DNA from: a virus
Taxonomy: Duplodnaviria > Caudoviricetes
Reading direction: 5' to 3' (one strand)
IMG/VR virus record: IMGVR_UViG_3300015214_000001
Coordinates: 32,001-96,000 of that record
DNA: 64,000 bases
Positions 1 through 10,165 of the stretch are shown here, one piece after another; position 1 is the stretch's first letter; every line of letters begins with the position of its first letter. The notes beneath the pieces were generated by a model. The model did not search any database, was not told where the DNA came from, and saw nothing but the letters and a program-made list of their open reading frames with translations. The translations under genes were made by a program, and so were the position numbers.

Positions 1-74
1 TTCTGAGCATTTTATCTGACGCTCACGCTAAAGACGCATGTGTCTTATTCCAATACATCCCATCTATATTAGGG

Positions 75-419
75 ATGACGTTAATGCGTCATGCTTACTC
101 AATTGGCAAAAATGTCGGTAGTTGTTATCCAGAGGCAGAACCACCGACATCAAAAGTGCCAATTGGGGTTCTTGTAACTCCGCACATGCCATTAGAAGTG
201 AAAGAAGAAATTTACACACCATATTACAGCAATGAAGCTGCACGATTAGTAGATGCAGTCAAGTTTGCTAACCCACGCGCTGATGTGAATTGGTTAGATC
301 ATGGACACATCAAAGTTCGCGTAGAAGGGCAAAGTATTTTTCATGTTAATGAGATTAAGGTGGAAAATGTTGAGTGGTTTGGACTGCCAAAGCAATTATT
401 AGCGACTAGAAACGATTAG
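75..419 (+). CDS. hypothetical protein (may start upstream of the window)
   Basis: 114-aa ORF co-oriented with the next two genes. Confidence 0.55.
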   Translation: MTLMRHAYSIGKNVGSCYPEAEPPTSKVPIGVLVTPHMPLEVKEEIYTPYYSNEAARLVDAVKFANPRADVNWLDHGHIKVRVEGQSIFHVNEIKVENVEWFGLPKQLLATRND

Positions 420-434
420 GGAGAAGAAGCAATT

Positions 435-665
435 ATGGAACAAGCACAAGAAAATAAAATGATAGAAACCATTATTCAATACGGCTTCTACGATTGGTAT
501 AGCACTGGGTTTTTATCGCCACTATGGGAAGATTTCCGTAAACTCAATAAAGATGGAACGCATAAAGATGAGGGTTTTTTGCGGGAGATCGCGCAATATA
601 TTAAATCACACTCAGCCAAATTTCCTGAGCTAAACGATGCGCTTAGCAAACTCCCGAATTTATAA
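435..665 (+). CDS. hypothetical protein
   Basis: 76-aa ORF with purine-rich RBS (ggagaagaag) upstream. Confidence 0.65.
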   Translation: MEQAQENKMIETIIQYGFYDWYSTGFLSPLWEDFRKLNKDGTHKDEGFLREIAQYIKSHSAKFPELNDALSKLPNL

Positions 666-677
666 GGCAAAAAAATA

Positions 678-1286
678 ATGAAAGTATTTACCATTAAAGA
701 CAACTCAGTGACAGATGGAGCGCAAGTGTCATCTGTCACTATCAAAGGCGCTGGTGTTACTGTTCCAGCGATTATCATTGGTGAAGAAGGGCGAGGTCGT
801 AGCCAAGGCGTACTGCCAGTGGCTTATGCTAGTAAGCAAGAACAAGCAGAAGAAAACAAAAGACTGCTTTTTGCCAATGTGGGTCAATCACGTAGTGGGA
901 AGCCAAAGTTGTTTGAATTACAACATGCTGATAGCCATGAGCAGTGCATCGTGGTATTTAGAACAACAATCGGATTTCGTGGCGGGAATAGCCATACTGG
1001 TGATGTCGCAAAAATTGAAGAATATGAACAGTATGGTGAAACTAAGAAAAGATACACATTTGCTGCGTTTCCTGGTAGCATCATTGTCAGAGGTGAGATC
1101 GCTCAAGGTGGCGCGGGACGAATGGGAAGCGGTTCTCAATTTGTTGCAATTATGCCAAAAGGTATTTGGTTTCGCGTAGCACGCAGTGGGCGGCTCTATG
1201 GCGCACACCCATCCCACTATTTTATGTTTGATGGTGAAAAGATCATCGGCGGTCTCACTTGGGACGAACGCTCACTGTTGGACTAA
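678..1286 (+). CDS. hypothetical phage protein
   Basis: 202-aa Gly-rich ORF, aagg RBS, followed by terminator. Confidence 0.75.
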   Translation: MKVFTIKDNSVTDGAQVSSVTIKGAGVTVPAIIIGEEGRGRSQGVLPVAYASKQEQAEENKRLLFANVGQSRSGKPKLFELQHADSHEQCIVVFRTTIGFRGGNSHTGDVAKIEEYEQYGETKKRYTFAAFPGSIIVRGEIAQGGAGRMGSGSQFVAIMPKGIWFRVARSGRLYGAHPSHYFMFDGEKIIGGLTWDERSLLD

Positions 1287-1315
1287 ATACTAAGATCAAA
1301 TTTCATATTAAATCG

Positions 1316-1347
1316 ACGCGATAGAAAGACATCTATCGCGTTTTTTT
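1316..1347 (+). terminator. rho-independent terminator
   Basis: ACGCGATAGA/TCTATCGCGT stem followed by T7. Confidence 0.8.
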
Positions 1348-1409
1348 GTTCTATTCAGTAGATAAAAATCAACTCCCATCACATTGACAATTCCTTAACA
1401 AAACCGCCC

Positions 1410-1437
1410 TTGACAAATATTCGGGGGGGGGTAGAAT
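1410..1437 (+). promoter_or_regulatory. sigma70-type promoter with G9 tract in the spacer (16-bp spacer)
   Basis: TTGACA(1410-1415) aatattc G9(1423-1431) TAGAAT(1432-1437), upstream of aaggag RBS. Confidence 0.8.
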
Positions 1438-1494
1438 GACCGTGTTGTTTAAAAGTAGGAATAAACCTGCAAAATAATTAAAGGAGCTTAATTG

Positions 1495-1743
1495 ATGGGA
1501 ACTTACTATAATCCACCCGATGATTTACCAAAGCTAGAGGGAGTCCGCAAGATTGAGGGTGATGGCTATGAATCATTAGTCACTCAACTTGGTGAGGATG
1601 AGTTGTTGTTTGGACTATATGATCGTGTGTTCTTTAAGAACGCGGTTCACTTATATTCAGAAGGTGAATACAATGAGTTTGAGCGACAAGGGTTAGTTCG
1701 ACTAGGCTTTTATGCCGTCCCTTCTAAACACATCGCGCGTTAA
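1495..1743 (+). CDS. hypothetical protein driven by poly-G promoter
   Basis: aaggag RBS then ATG at 1495; own promoter and terminator. Confidence 0.75.
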   Translation: MGTYYNPPDDLPKLEGVRKIEGDGYESLVTQLGEDELLFGLYDRVFFKNAVHLYSEGEYNEFERQGLVRLGFYAVPSKHIAR

Positions 1744-1749
1744 CTCTCT

Positions 1750-1789
1750 AATCAAAAAGAGGCTTTTAATTAGAAGCCTCTTTTTGATT
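1750..1789. terminator. bidirectional terminator
   Basis: AATCAAAAAGAGGCTT/AAGCCTCTTTTTGATT inverted repeat between convergent genes. Confidence 0.8.
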
Positions 1790-1866
1790 CGTGTGTATTG
1801 GATATTATAATCTAATCAAATTAGATGTCGCCATCGTACAGATTATGAATGACAACGCAATGTGCG

Positions 1867-2257
1867 CTAAAACTTTTTACCATCTGGCTTCTTGCGGTTT
1901 TCCATGTTGTGATCGGCACGCTGTTTGTTATATGCTAGTTTTTCATCCAATGCGCCGCCAATATCTAGTTTCATATATCCAGCAAGATCAAGAATTCTAA
2001 TGATGGCATCGGCTAATTCCACCTCAATCATTAGACGGTTCTTTAGATGGTCATCCATTAATCCTTTACGATAGCCTTCGGTAGCCTCAGCAATTTCTGT
2101 GACTATCAGCATCATCTTCTCTACGACATTGACAATGGAGGGTTCTCCTGTAGTTAGATCAGTGTACCAACCACGCTCAACATTGGCTTCATGTATCTCC
2201 GTTGCTAACGCATTAAGGGTGGCGGGGGGGGGTAATACCAGCGTCTTTTATCTGCAT
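1867..2257 (-). CDS. MazG-like NTP pyrophosphohydrolase, frameshifted at a C9 tract (plus-strand G9, 2224-2232)
   Basis: ATG at 2257 with ggag RBS reads MQIKDAGITPPRHP-stop. One fewer C gives ITPPATLNALATEIHEANVERGWY...LIVTEIAEATEGYRK...EVELADAIIRILD, with MazG ExxE...ExxD motifs. Confidence 0.75.
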
Positions 2258-2270
2258 TATTATTCTCCTA

Positions 2271-3104
2271 TTAGCTGTTTTTGTTTAGATCGGGATTAGG
2301 CATAACCTGTTTCAGTTGAGCGCCTAATAGTAGTAAGTGATTACTGATTTCGTAGCGATTCACCACTTGATGGTTTTCTTTTCCATCAATGCTAGTATAA
2401 ACCATGTTGAAATGGGAACGATATTTTAATGTAACAGATGATATATAACTAGTGACTGCAATATCAAATAATAATCCATTACTATCAACACAAGAGAAAA
2501 TAGCTTGCATTTTTTCCTTATGGTTAACAAGCATATTTAACCCTTGTTCGATGTTGTCGAAACATAGCATTGAGCTTATATCATAATCAGTTTCAAAGCG
2601 TTGAATTGTATCCAAATATAATTTATTTAATGTCTCAAGATCGTTGATATATTTGTCTTTGCATGTCTGAGCGATAACATTGGCAAAGCTAGTTCTTCCT
2701 GAATGATGCAGAAAACTAGCATATTGCTCAAATACGTTAGAGGTGTAATCAACGATGTTTGGGTTAAGGCTGATCTGATCTTGAATTACCTGTTTAATTT
2801 TATCATGACCAGAAAAAGCATTGCATGTGGGGTTAGATTTTAATTGGAGGTGTCGATATGAACCACTGACGATAGAAATATAACGCCCCATTAATCGTAG
2901 TATTTGCGCTGATGTTAACCGTCTGTATTGTGACCAATTACTTAATTCATCAAACGCCCTACTTGCAACATACTCAACAAATCCGTCATTGTCAGATAAG
3001 CCATTCTCTTGGATGTATTGCTCAACAAGTTTTACTGAGTTATCTAGGACAATATCTGATAAGGCTAAAAATTCCATATGGTTAACTGGGATTTTAACTA
3101 TCAT
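2271..3104 (-). CDS. hypothetical protein
   Basis: 277-aa ORF in minus-strand operon. Confidence 0.7.
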   Translation of the reverse strand: MIVKIPVNHMEFLALSDIVLDNSVKLVEQYIQENGLSDNDGFVEYVASRAFDELSNWSQYRRLTSAQILRLMGRYISIVSGSYRHLQLKSNPTCNAFSGHDKIKQVIQDQISLNPNIVDYTSNVFEQYASFLHHSGRTSFANVIAQTCKDKYINDLETLNKLYLDTIQRFETDYDISSMLCFDNIEQGLNMLVNHKEKMQAIFSCVDSNGLLFDIAVTSYISSVTLKYRSHFNMVYTSIDGKENHQVVNRYEISNHLLLLGAQLKQVMPNPDLNKNS

Positions 3105-3119
3105 TCTGATTAACTTTCT

Positions 3120-3638
3120 CTATGAAATGTCTTGAGGCGAAAATAATGCAAGGGCTTTATTCCACTCATCAGGGTTATCTGCATTATCGTCAGTGTCATA
3201 TAAGATAGAAATGTCAAAAAGAATGTCATGTGAGGCGATATTCTCATCTCTACTTAACGCAACTATTAGACGTGGGGTATCCGAGTTATTCGTTGCATAT
3301 ATCTCAATAGCAACTATCGGCAACGGGCAATTATACTCTATTGGCCCACGAAAGAATGGCGCTACGTCAATTAAACCCTTTTGTCCAGAAGGTAACGCCG
3401 ACTTATCCACAATAGCCTGTATAGTCGCAAGAATGTGGTTACGTCTATGTGTTAATGGAACAGTCGCTGATTCTGGGACAGCTCCACGATGCTCATATTC
3501 TGTCAACGCTGGCTGTCTAGCGATCAGCAGGACTAATTCGCTAGTGACCTTATTTAATGTCTTATGTGATCGACAAAAACCATCAATGATAGTTGCCGCA
3601 TCCTCATCAGCAAATCGGCTTTTAATCACGCACTCCAT
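3120..3638 (-). CDS. hypothetical protein
   Basis: 172-aa ORF, aaggt RBS. Confidence 0.65.
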   Translation of the reverse strand: MECVIKSRFADEDAATIIDGFCRSHKTLNKVTSELVLLIARQPALTEYEHRGAVPESATVPLTHRRNHILATIQAIVDKSALPSGQKGLIDVAPFFRGPIEYNCPLPIVAIEIYATNNSDTPRLIVALSRDENIASHDILFDISILYDTDDNADNPDEWNKALALFSPQDIS

Positions 3639-3710
3639 ATTAAACCTTTCAATCTATAATTAGATTTATTTATTAAGGTCAGTACGTATTAATAAACTAA
3701 CCTTAAATTA

Positions 3711-3736
3711 TAAAAACGTGGAAGTCCACGTTTTTA
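3711..3736. repeat. dispersed palindrome AAAACGTGGA-NN-TCCACGTTTT, copy 1
   Basis: taaaaacgtggaagtccacgttttta; other copies at 14245, 26149, 30566 and a degenerate one at 54021. Confidence 0.85.
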
Positions 3737-3741
3737 ATTCG

Positions 3742-4116
3742 TTATCTCCACTGGTCATAGTCATAGCATTGGAATTTAGATGGTTGCGGGGACTTACACA
3801 ACACAGACCAAGCCTGATTTGAGATTACATCCATAACAATGTAAATGAAGTAATCTGGCTTATCAAATCCCCCTGATTGCCAAATGCGATCCATTACCAC
3901 AAATTCACCTTCTGCTCCTGCTACATATGTTTGAATAAACTGAATTGCTACTTCGTCTTTTTGTTCCTGCCCTAAAGCCGAGAAGATATTGGACACGAAT
4001 ACAAAAAGGATGAAAGTAACAAAAAGAAATATCGCAATGGTAAGAAAACGCTCAAACGACTTTCCATCACCTGCACCACTTAACGAGGTATTACTAAACC
4101 TTTGCTCTGCCATCAT
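3742..4116 (-). CDS. membrane-anchored hypothetical protein driven by poly-G promoter
   Basis: hydrophobic segment FLTIAIFLFVTFILFVFVSNIF. Confidence 0.7.
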   Translation of the reverse strand: MMAEQRFSNTSLSGAGDGKSFERFLTIAIFLFVTFILFVFVSNIFSALGQEQKDEVAIQFIQTYVAGAEGEFVVMDRIWQSGGFDKPDYFIYIVMDVISNQAWSVLCKSPQPSKFQCYDYDQWR

Positions 4117-4152
4117 GAGCCTCTCTTATTGATATTAAAAATGCTATTGTCT

Positions 4153-4181
4153 ATTTTACCCCCCCCCGAATAACTTGTCAA
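4153..4181 (-). promoter_or_regulatory. sigma70-type promoter with G9 tract in the spacer (17-bp spacer)
   Basis: minus strand TTGACA(4181-4176) agttattc G9(4167-4159) TAAAAT(4158-4153). Confidence 0.8.
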
Positions 4182-4214
4182 TATATAACAAGTTATTAAT
4201 CTACAGCATAACCA

Positions 4215-5123
4215 TTAAAGCATGTACTGACGAATAAACTTTGTAGTAGTATCACGAACTTTATCTAAAGTAGGTTGTCCGTTAACCGCTATATCGCCTT
4301 CATGAACAGACAATAAAGACGATATAGTCATCATATCTTTATTAGCATCGGCAACATAACCAACAAATACATAGCTAGGCGAACCATTACTATGATGACA
4401 TTTTATTACACTTAATCCACCCCATATTTTGATGGGCATTTCTTCATGGCGATGTTCGCGGTAAACTATCGGCATGATATACTCATGGTAAAGGATTGTC
4501 GCATTATATTTGTCTTGCATCGCTATGCTTAACAAGTCCTGCGGAGACATTTTAGGGTTGCTCTCAACATGATAACCTACTGGTGGGGCAAATTGCATTG
4601 TTTCATCAGGTATGCCTTGTGATGTTACGATGCAGTGATTAACCTTAGAGATATAGCGCTTATCACGACTATTAAAGTTACCCCGCATTATGTTGTCGCA
4701 TGTCATCGGCCGTGCTATGTGAATATCAAAATTTGGGTTGACCTTAACTTGCGTGCAATTTGGTTCATTATCTAGCAGGATGGCACCTAAAATACTTAAC
4801 AGCGATTCGCAATCACGTAAAGTAATAGCATGAGGAGAGTTAGGTATTATTGATACAACGGCAGTCAATTCAGGTATCACTCTAGTCAGAATAGCTTTAC
4901 TTTCAACATATAACTGACCATGAAATGCCAAATAAGCTGCACTCAGGTTACACAATGTATTTGTTAAACCGTGATTTTCGGCTAATTCAATAGCTTCTAA
5001 CTCTAATTCATAAGCCAAGCGCATTAATGACCAAAAATGAATACCATCTTTTGCTCTAAACGCCATAAAAGAAGCATTCATCGCTTTTGATCTTACTTCT
5101 GCAATATCTGAATGAACTACCAC
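4215..5123 (-). CDS. hypothetical protein
   Basis: 302-aa ORF overlapping the upstream stop. Confidence 0.7.
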   Translation of the reverse strand: MVVHSDIAEVRSKAMNASFMAFRAKDGIHFWSLMRLAYELELEAIELAENHGLTNTLCNLSAAYLAFHGQLYVESKAILTRVIPELTAVVSIIPNSPHAITLRDCESLLSILGAILLDNEPNCTQVKVNPNFDIHIARPMTCDNIMRGNFNSRDKRYISKVNHCIVTSQGIPDETMQFAPPVGYHVESNPKMSPQDLLSIAMQDKYNATILYHEYIMPIVYREHRHEEMPIKIWGGLSVIKCHHSNGSPSYVFVGYVADANKDMMTISSLLSVHEGDIAVNGQPTLDKVRDTTTKFIRQYML

Positions 5124-5518
5124 TTCTTATTACGCCTTCTGGGATCAGACCACCTATAGTATTTCTCGGGCCACCAAGCATTAAGATTATCATCTTGGTG
5201 ATTTTCTGATTCCTTCACTTTAGATAACCATTTATCATAATCTTTAATACCATCGCAATTCAATCCTAGCAATTGATATGATTCCAATAACCATGCGTGA
5301 TATTCCCGCGAATAGCGGTCTGTGGGGATTGGTGTATTTGCGTGGTCTATCCAAGCTAAATGTTGTTTCCTTCGGCTTGGTGGTAAAAATAGAGCTAGTA
5401 CCTCGTTAAGACTTCGCACGCCAATTGAATATGATCGCAAATTATTGACAAAAAGGCGTAACCCCACTCTTGCTTCAAAAACAATAGCTCTTATATGATT
5501 TAATGCTGATTTTAACAT
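5117..5518 (-). CDS. hypothetical protein
   Basis: 133-aa ORF, ggagga RBS. Confidence 0.7.
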   Translation of the reverse strand: MLKSALNHIRAIVFEARVGLRLFVNNLRSYSIGVRSLNEVLALFLPPSRRKQHLAWIDHANTPIPTDRYSREYHAWLLESYQLLGLNCDGIKDYDKWLSKVKESENHQDDNLNAWWPEKYYRWSDPRRRNKKW

Positions 5519-5526
5519 ATATCCTC

Positions 5527-6593
5527 CTAATCCACATTCATGGCAAAGTATAAGGATTTCAGCGAATCCTCATCAACTTCTTTATCCTCTGATACTTCTT
5601 CGCCTTCCCAAAACAAAGTATTTCGATATTCATTTAATGCAGACAAAGTAGAGCCTATATCTCTAAACTGTTCATGCTTAGTTTCATTCATGCAAATTGC
5701 GACTCGCATCATCTTAAATAGCTCGTAATTAGGCACTAAATACCCCTTTGCTTGGTATTTCAACAAACGTTTCATACCACCAATTGGGCAATGAACAATC
5801 CGAACGTTAGCTACCTTTTGAGCAAAATCAGGGAAGAACCCATCATCAACTACTGCATTATCTAAGTCGATTAGCGCTGCGCGACAAACTGTTAGGTCAA
5901 ATGAATTAATGATTTCTTCTGGTGGGCCATATGTCTGACCATTCGCTAATTGACGCGGAACAATAAGTTGTAATACTGGCGCATCTTGACTGCTTTCAGG
6001 TGTTGGGTAAAATGTTTTGACGATTTCATTGTTAAGCGAGGCGCTATCTATCACATACTCAACTTCTCCCCCCCCAAGTTAAATGCAGAAGATAATATCG
6101 CATCATAAATACCATCAAATTGTTCCGCATCACGACAGAATATATCAATATCCTTCCGTTTGGGGTTATCTGCAATGATGTGACGTGTCCCGCTTGAATA
6201 AGTGTCAGGTGCAATCATCCAAGCGACAAACCCTCCCGCGAAAATTGCACCCAGTGGGGTTAATCGTTGATAAATAGATGAAAGAAATTCTTTACCCCGA
6301 ATAACAGGTGTGATTTCAAAGCTAAAAATACCCGACAGATCATCATCTGATGTCCGATCAGTAAATGAATGAAACTTGTTTTGGTATCCCGAGTAATATG
6401 GCACAACAACATCGGATTGTGAGTGCTTAAACATTTTTTCAACCGCTTTACCATCATCATCATACATCCTGATCGTAAAACTCTTATCATCAATCGCAAC
6501 AATCACGCACTTGCGATTATCATCATGTGCTTTTACTACTTGCCCTAAGAAAATACTACCTACTCGTTTTTCTGAGCGATAAATATCAGTCAT
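5527..6593 (-). CDS. nucleotidyltransferase-like protein (Pol beta/CCA-adding-like motifs), split at G8 tract 6068-6075
   Basis: N-half has IFAGGFV...KDIDIF; C-half has INSFDLTVC. One extra G joins them as FNLGGGEVEYVIDSASL. Confidence 0.65.
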
Positions 6594-6602
6594 TATAATC
6601 CC

Positions 6603-7028
6603 CTATCGTGTTGTATCTGGTTCATTAAAGAAAATCGGCACTGCTGAAAAACAACTTCTTGGATAGCATAGTGTTTGATAAAGGCCAGTAGATTCACCTT
6701 TACTATTGAATAGCTCAATATGGTACGTATAAGTTGTGATGAATCTCCTATATATGTATTCTTTAGACAGCGAACTACTCAATACCACACCTTGAGCATT
6801 GCTATCACCATAAAAAGATAGTGTATAGTGAATAGCCATTTCCTTATTATGTTCTGATATGCTGCTTGTGTCACCCCTTAAGATAATCACTATAAAAGCC
6901 AGTGACATCATTAGCGCCAAAAAGGTAGCTACAGCAGCTATTATAGTTATAAAACCATCAAGAAAGTTTTTCATTGCTTGCCTTCCATATTCATTCGTGA
7001 CATATGCCTTTATAAGAGTGTTTATCAT
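6603..7028 (-). CDS. membrane-anchored hypothetical protein
   Basis: long hydrophobic segment GFITIIAAVATFLALMMSLAFIVIIL. Confidence 0.6.
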   Translation of the reverse strand: MINTLIKAYVTNEYGRQAMKNFLDGFITIIAAVATFLALMMSLAFIVIILRGDTSSISEHNKEMAIHYTLSFYGDSNAQGVVLSSSLSKEYIYRRFITTYTYHIELFNSKGESTGLYQTLCYPRSCFSAVPIFFNEPDTTR

Positions 7029-7144
7029 AACAAAATACTACTGCATATGCAAGATAACCCCCTAATAAGCAAGGGCCATGAAATAAAAAAGCAACGGTAA
7101 TATTATCTTGCCGTTGCTTTCTATCTATATTGAGATTTGATCCC

Positions 7145-7534
7145 CTAGAATGGTATGTCATTCAAATCAGGTGGTGGGCCATCATTATTATCATCATTGT
7201 TGCCCATGTCCGCTAGATCATCACGCTTGCCTAGCAGGATTAACTTTTCTGCATTCACTTCCAGATTGATCGCAGCTTCACCTGCATTGTTAATATAAGC
7301 AGAGGCAAACAACGATCCGCTTACTAAGATTTGCCGACCCTTCTTGACGTAGCTCAAGGCTGTATCGGCGGTTCTTCCCCAACAAGTGATGCGATACCAC
7401 TGCGTCTCCTGTTGCTTGTTCCGATAGACTGAAACAGCCATGCTGAAAGTAACAGTTTTATGTGATCCTTCACCTACTATCCTTTGTTCTGGATCACGAC
7501 CAACATTGCCTACGATGGTAACACTAGAGTACAT
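7145..7534 (-). CDS. ssb: single-stranded DNA-binding protein
   Basis: VTIVGNVGRDPE, TQWYRITCWG, KKGRQILVSG OB-fold motifs; acidic C-terminus ending DIPF. Confidence 0.95.
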   Translation of the reverse strand: MYSSVTIVGNVGRDPEQRIVGEGSHKTVTFSMAVSVYRNKQQETQWYRITCWGRTADTALSYVKKGRQILVSGSLFASAYINNAGEAAINLEVNAEKLILLGKRDDLADMGNNDDNNDGPPPDLNDIPF

Positions 7535-7587
7535 ATTTATTCCTCTTTCTATGGTTCAAGGTAATCATTGTACTATTGATAAAGCAC

Positions 7588-8187
7588 TTATTCAATAGCG
7601 AACAAGTGCTTCTCTTTTTCAGTATTTTTGCGCCAATCGTGTAACACTCTCAGGCCAGTAAGAAGGTTTAGCTCACTACTGCCATCAGCCCCACTTATAG
7701 ACTTAGGCGCGTGAGAAGAAGTAATCTTAATTGGAACTTCAACTATTAGTGGTTTATGCCGACCTTTTTTAAAAATAGCTCGTTCCCCTCCAGCATCAAT
7801 TAAATGGCTGACATAACCACCAAAATAATCATCTAAGTAACGAGCGCCGAATATCCGTTGCCTATTCTCTTCCCAGTCATCCGCTTCTACAAAATGCGTA
7901 TAATGACATAAGACTGGGTTATCAATAAAATCTAAAAGCGGACTAGTATAAGGGGAACTAATTCTACACTGGAAAGACCAGTCACTTCCGACTGCAACTT
8001 TATTGCAAAATTCGCAAATGTCACTGTCATTAGATAATATCTCATTTCCATTGTTCATATATATATGAACTGACAAACCACCGTGTCTGACACTAATTTC
8101 GTCAATAAGATCAGAGTAGTTTGTTTCTAAGTCTGCTATATCGCCCTGCAAAGCGTTTAATATATGTTGTCCTAATCCCTTAATCAT
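7588..8187 (-). CDS. hypothetical protein
   Basis: 199-aa ORF. Confidence 0.65.
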   Translation of the reverse strand: MIKGLGQHILNALQGDIADLETNYSDLIDEISVRHGGLSVHIYMNNGNEILSNDSDICEFCNKVAVGSDWSFQCRISSPYTSPLLDFIDNPVLCHYTHFVEADDWEENRQRIFGARYLDDYFGGYVSHLIDAGGERAIFKKGRHKPLIVEVPIKITSSHAPKSISGADGSSELNLLTGLRVLHDWRKNTEKEKHLFAIE

Positions 8188-8201
8188 TAAATATCATCTT
8201 T

Positions 8202-8579
8202 CTAATTATATAGGTCAATGAAATTTGATAGGTCAAATAGCATAGTAAACATTTTTCCACGTTCTGATAAGATCGCTTGCATTTCGTACCCATTATTCTT
8301 GATGGATTCTAGCAAACCTATTTCGGTTAAAATGTCAAAGTTATCACGCGGAATATGATCGTATATTTCCCAATACTTATGATTATGCGATGCTTTATAT
8401 AAAATTTCACATTGAGCATTCGTCAGCAAATGGAACGTAGTCAATTCTCTGATATAGATAAGTAATTGATTTAAACACTCATTTGTATCAAATCCACTGT
8501 CCACTAAAACATGGTATGTCGATTTGGCTTGCTCTAGCTGCTCATCATAATCAGGTTTTTTATTTGTTTTATTGTACAT
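8202..8579 (-). CDS. hypothetical protein
   Basis: 125-aa ORF coupled to the upstream gene. Confidence 0.6.
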   Translation of the reverse strand: MYNKTNKKPDYDEQLEQAKSTYHVLVDSGFDTNECLNQLLIYIRELTTFHLLTNAQCEILYKASHNHKYWEIYDHIPRDNFDILTEIGLLESIKNNGYEMQAILSERGKMFTMLFDLSNFIDLYN

Positions 8580-8826
8580 TTTCGCTAACCAATCCTGATG
8601 CTTGCAAGATATTCCTAAACATCTTTGTTGATCGAGTTTTCTCTAAATCCAGTTCAACCCACGTTTTATGGTAAGTCGGATCAGCAAATCGAACATAAAC
8701 ATTGCCACTGACTGTGCGAGACATTTTCACGACAGCAACTTCACTTCCTAACTCTACTTTGAACACAACTTCATGTTCCAAAATACTATCATCTAGTGAA
8801 AATGATAATTTAACGCCTTTGGTCAT
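8569..8826 (-). CDS. hypothetical protein
   Basis: 85-aa ORF, gagga RBS. Confidence 0.6.
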   Translation of the reverse strand: MTKGVKLSFSLDDSILEHEVVFKVELGSEVAVVKMSRTVSGNVYVRFADPTYHKTWVELDLEKTRSTKMFRNILQASGLVSENVQ

Positions 8827-8886
8827 GATTAAATCCTCTCATCCTTTTTCGGAAAATATAACATATAATGTCAATTTTTCAAATTG

Positions 8887-9225
8887 TTATTTTATTTCTC
8901 TAGCACACATACGCACTAGGATAGTTTTAAGATCACTATCACTGCGATGGTCAATAAATTGTCCAGCTAAAACAAGATCAAGTATATTTTCGCTCAAGTA
9001 TAAATGAGTAGCATACATAAGAGACACTGTGTATGTGAGTTTGTTTTTGCCGCCAGCTTTTCCTACCGTCGATAATGTTACCCTTACTTTATCCCACTCA
9101 TCATCACTATTACTAGATAGGATCACTTGTAACTCAACAAGCACATAATACCCATGCCAGAACACGATATGTCTAACATTATTCTTGTAGCTAAATATAT
9201 CCTTTTTGCGAATTTTAAAAACCAT
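8887..9225 (-). CDS. hypothetical protein
   Basis: 112-aa ORF, gaggt RBS. Confidence 0.6.
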   Translation of the reverse strand: MVFKIRKKDIFSYKNNVRHIVFWHGYYVLVELQVILSSNSDDEWDKVRVTLSTVGKAGGKNKLTYTVSLMYATHLYLSENILDLVLAGQFIDHRSDSDLKTILVRMCAREIK

Positions 9226-9291
9226 ATAACCTCAACATAAGTTAAAAAGGGAAGGTCTATTTCAACCCTCCCCTTTTTACTCCCAATTTAT

Positions 9292-9996
9292 TCATTCGGT
9301 CAAGAGTGATTTACCTGCGCTCATCGTCTCCAGTGGGTATGGATATGTCTCAACCCAGTTGCTACTAATTCCACGCACGCCTGTAACTTCAAGTTCATCA
9401 GCCCGACTATCCATGCCTCGGGCGCGATATTCTTGCACAATTGCTTCGATCACTCTGTAAATATTGATATACGCCGACGCATTATCAGGTTTTTCGTAAG
9501 TCACCGTTTTAAGTAAATCATCATCATAACCACCAACACCAAGTAACACAATGAAAGTGCTTACTCGATTGGCATTGATGAACGTTGTTAGATACAACGT
9601 TTCTAATAATGGTTCGTCAATGCCGTAGCCAATATAATATTTTGACGTGTTTCCATCACGCATAACAACAGGGATGTTGCTCATATAAATTGCGTTAGGA
9701 TCAGGGATGATTTCTTCATCGTTATGAGGGTTTTCATCTACAGGGATTAATTGGAGTTGCTGAGAATACTCATTAACACCACGATTGAAGCAGACAATGA
9801 TTTTTTGAATATCATCATCATCAAACTCAAGGAGGCCCTTTTCCACTAACACCTGACGAACTTTCGTTTCAATGCGGTCAGTATACATATGGGGCGTATT
9901 GTTGAATTCACCTGCGTAAGCATAACCGATATTTCGGAATTCTGCAAGTAAGTTTAGCAAATTCGTTGGTGTATAGGGGTTATTATCGTTGGACAT
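9292..9996 (-). CDS. hypothetical protein driven by poly-G promoter
   Basis: 234-aa ORF, aaggag RBS, downstream hairpin at about 9245-9278. Confidence 0.75.
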   Translation of the reverse strand: MSNDNNPYTPTNLLNLLAEFRNIGYAYAGEFNNTPHMYTDRIETKVRQVLVEKGLLEFDDDDIQKIIVCFNRGVNEYSQQLQLIPVDENPHNDEEIIPDPNAIYMSNIPVVMRDGNTSKYYIGYGIDEPLLETLYLTTFINANRVSTFIVLLGVGGYDDDLLKTVTYEKPDNASAYINIYRVIEAIVQEYRARGMDSRADELEVTGVRGISSNWVETYPYPLETMSAGKSLLTE

Positions 9997-10037
9997 TTTA
10001 TGTAGCTCCTTGTGCTTTTAATTAATCTTATAGACTA

Positions 10038-10067
10038 ATTCTACCCCCCCCACAATGAATCTGTCAA
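10038..10067 (-). promoter_or_regulatory. sigma70-type promoter with G8 tract in the spacer (18-bp spacer)
   Basis: minus strand TTGACA(10067-10062) gattcattgt G8(10051-10044) TAGAAT(10043-10038). Confidence 0.8.
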
Positions 10068-10165
10068 TGTAATGATTGTTAAATTATGATTAAGAACTTG
10101 AATCTAAATCAGGCGCATGAAAATATTGCGTCTGATTTAGACAATTACATTCAACTACAACTTAT

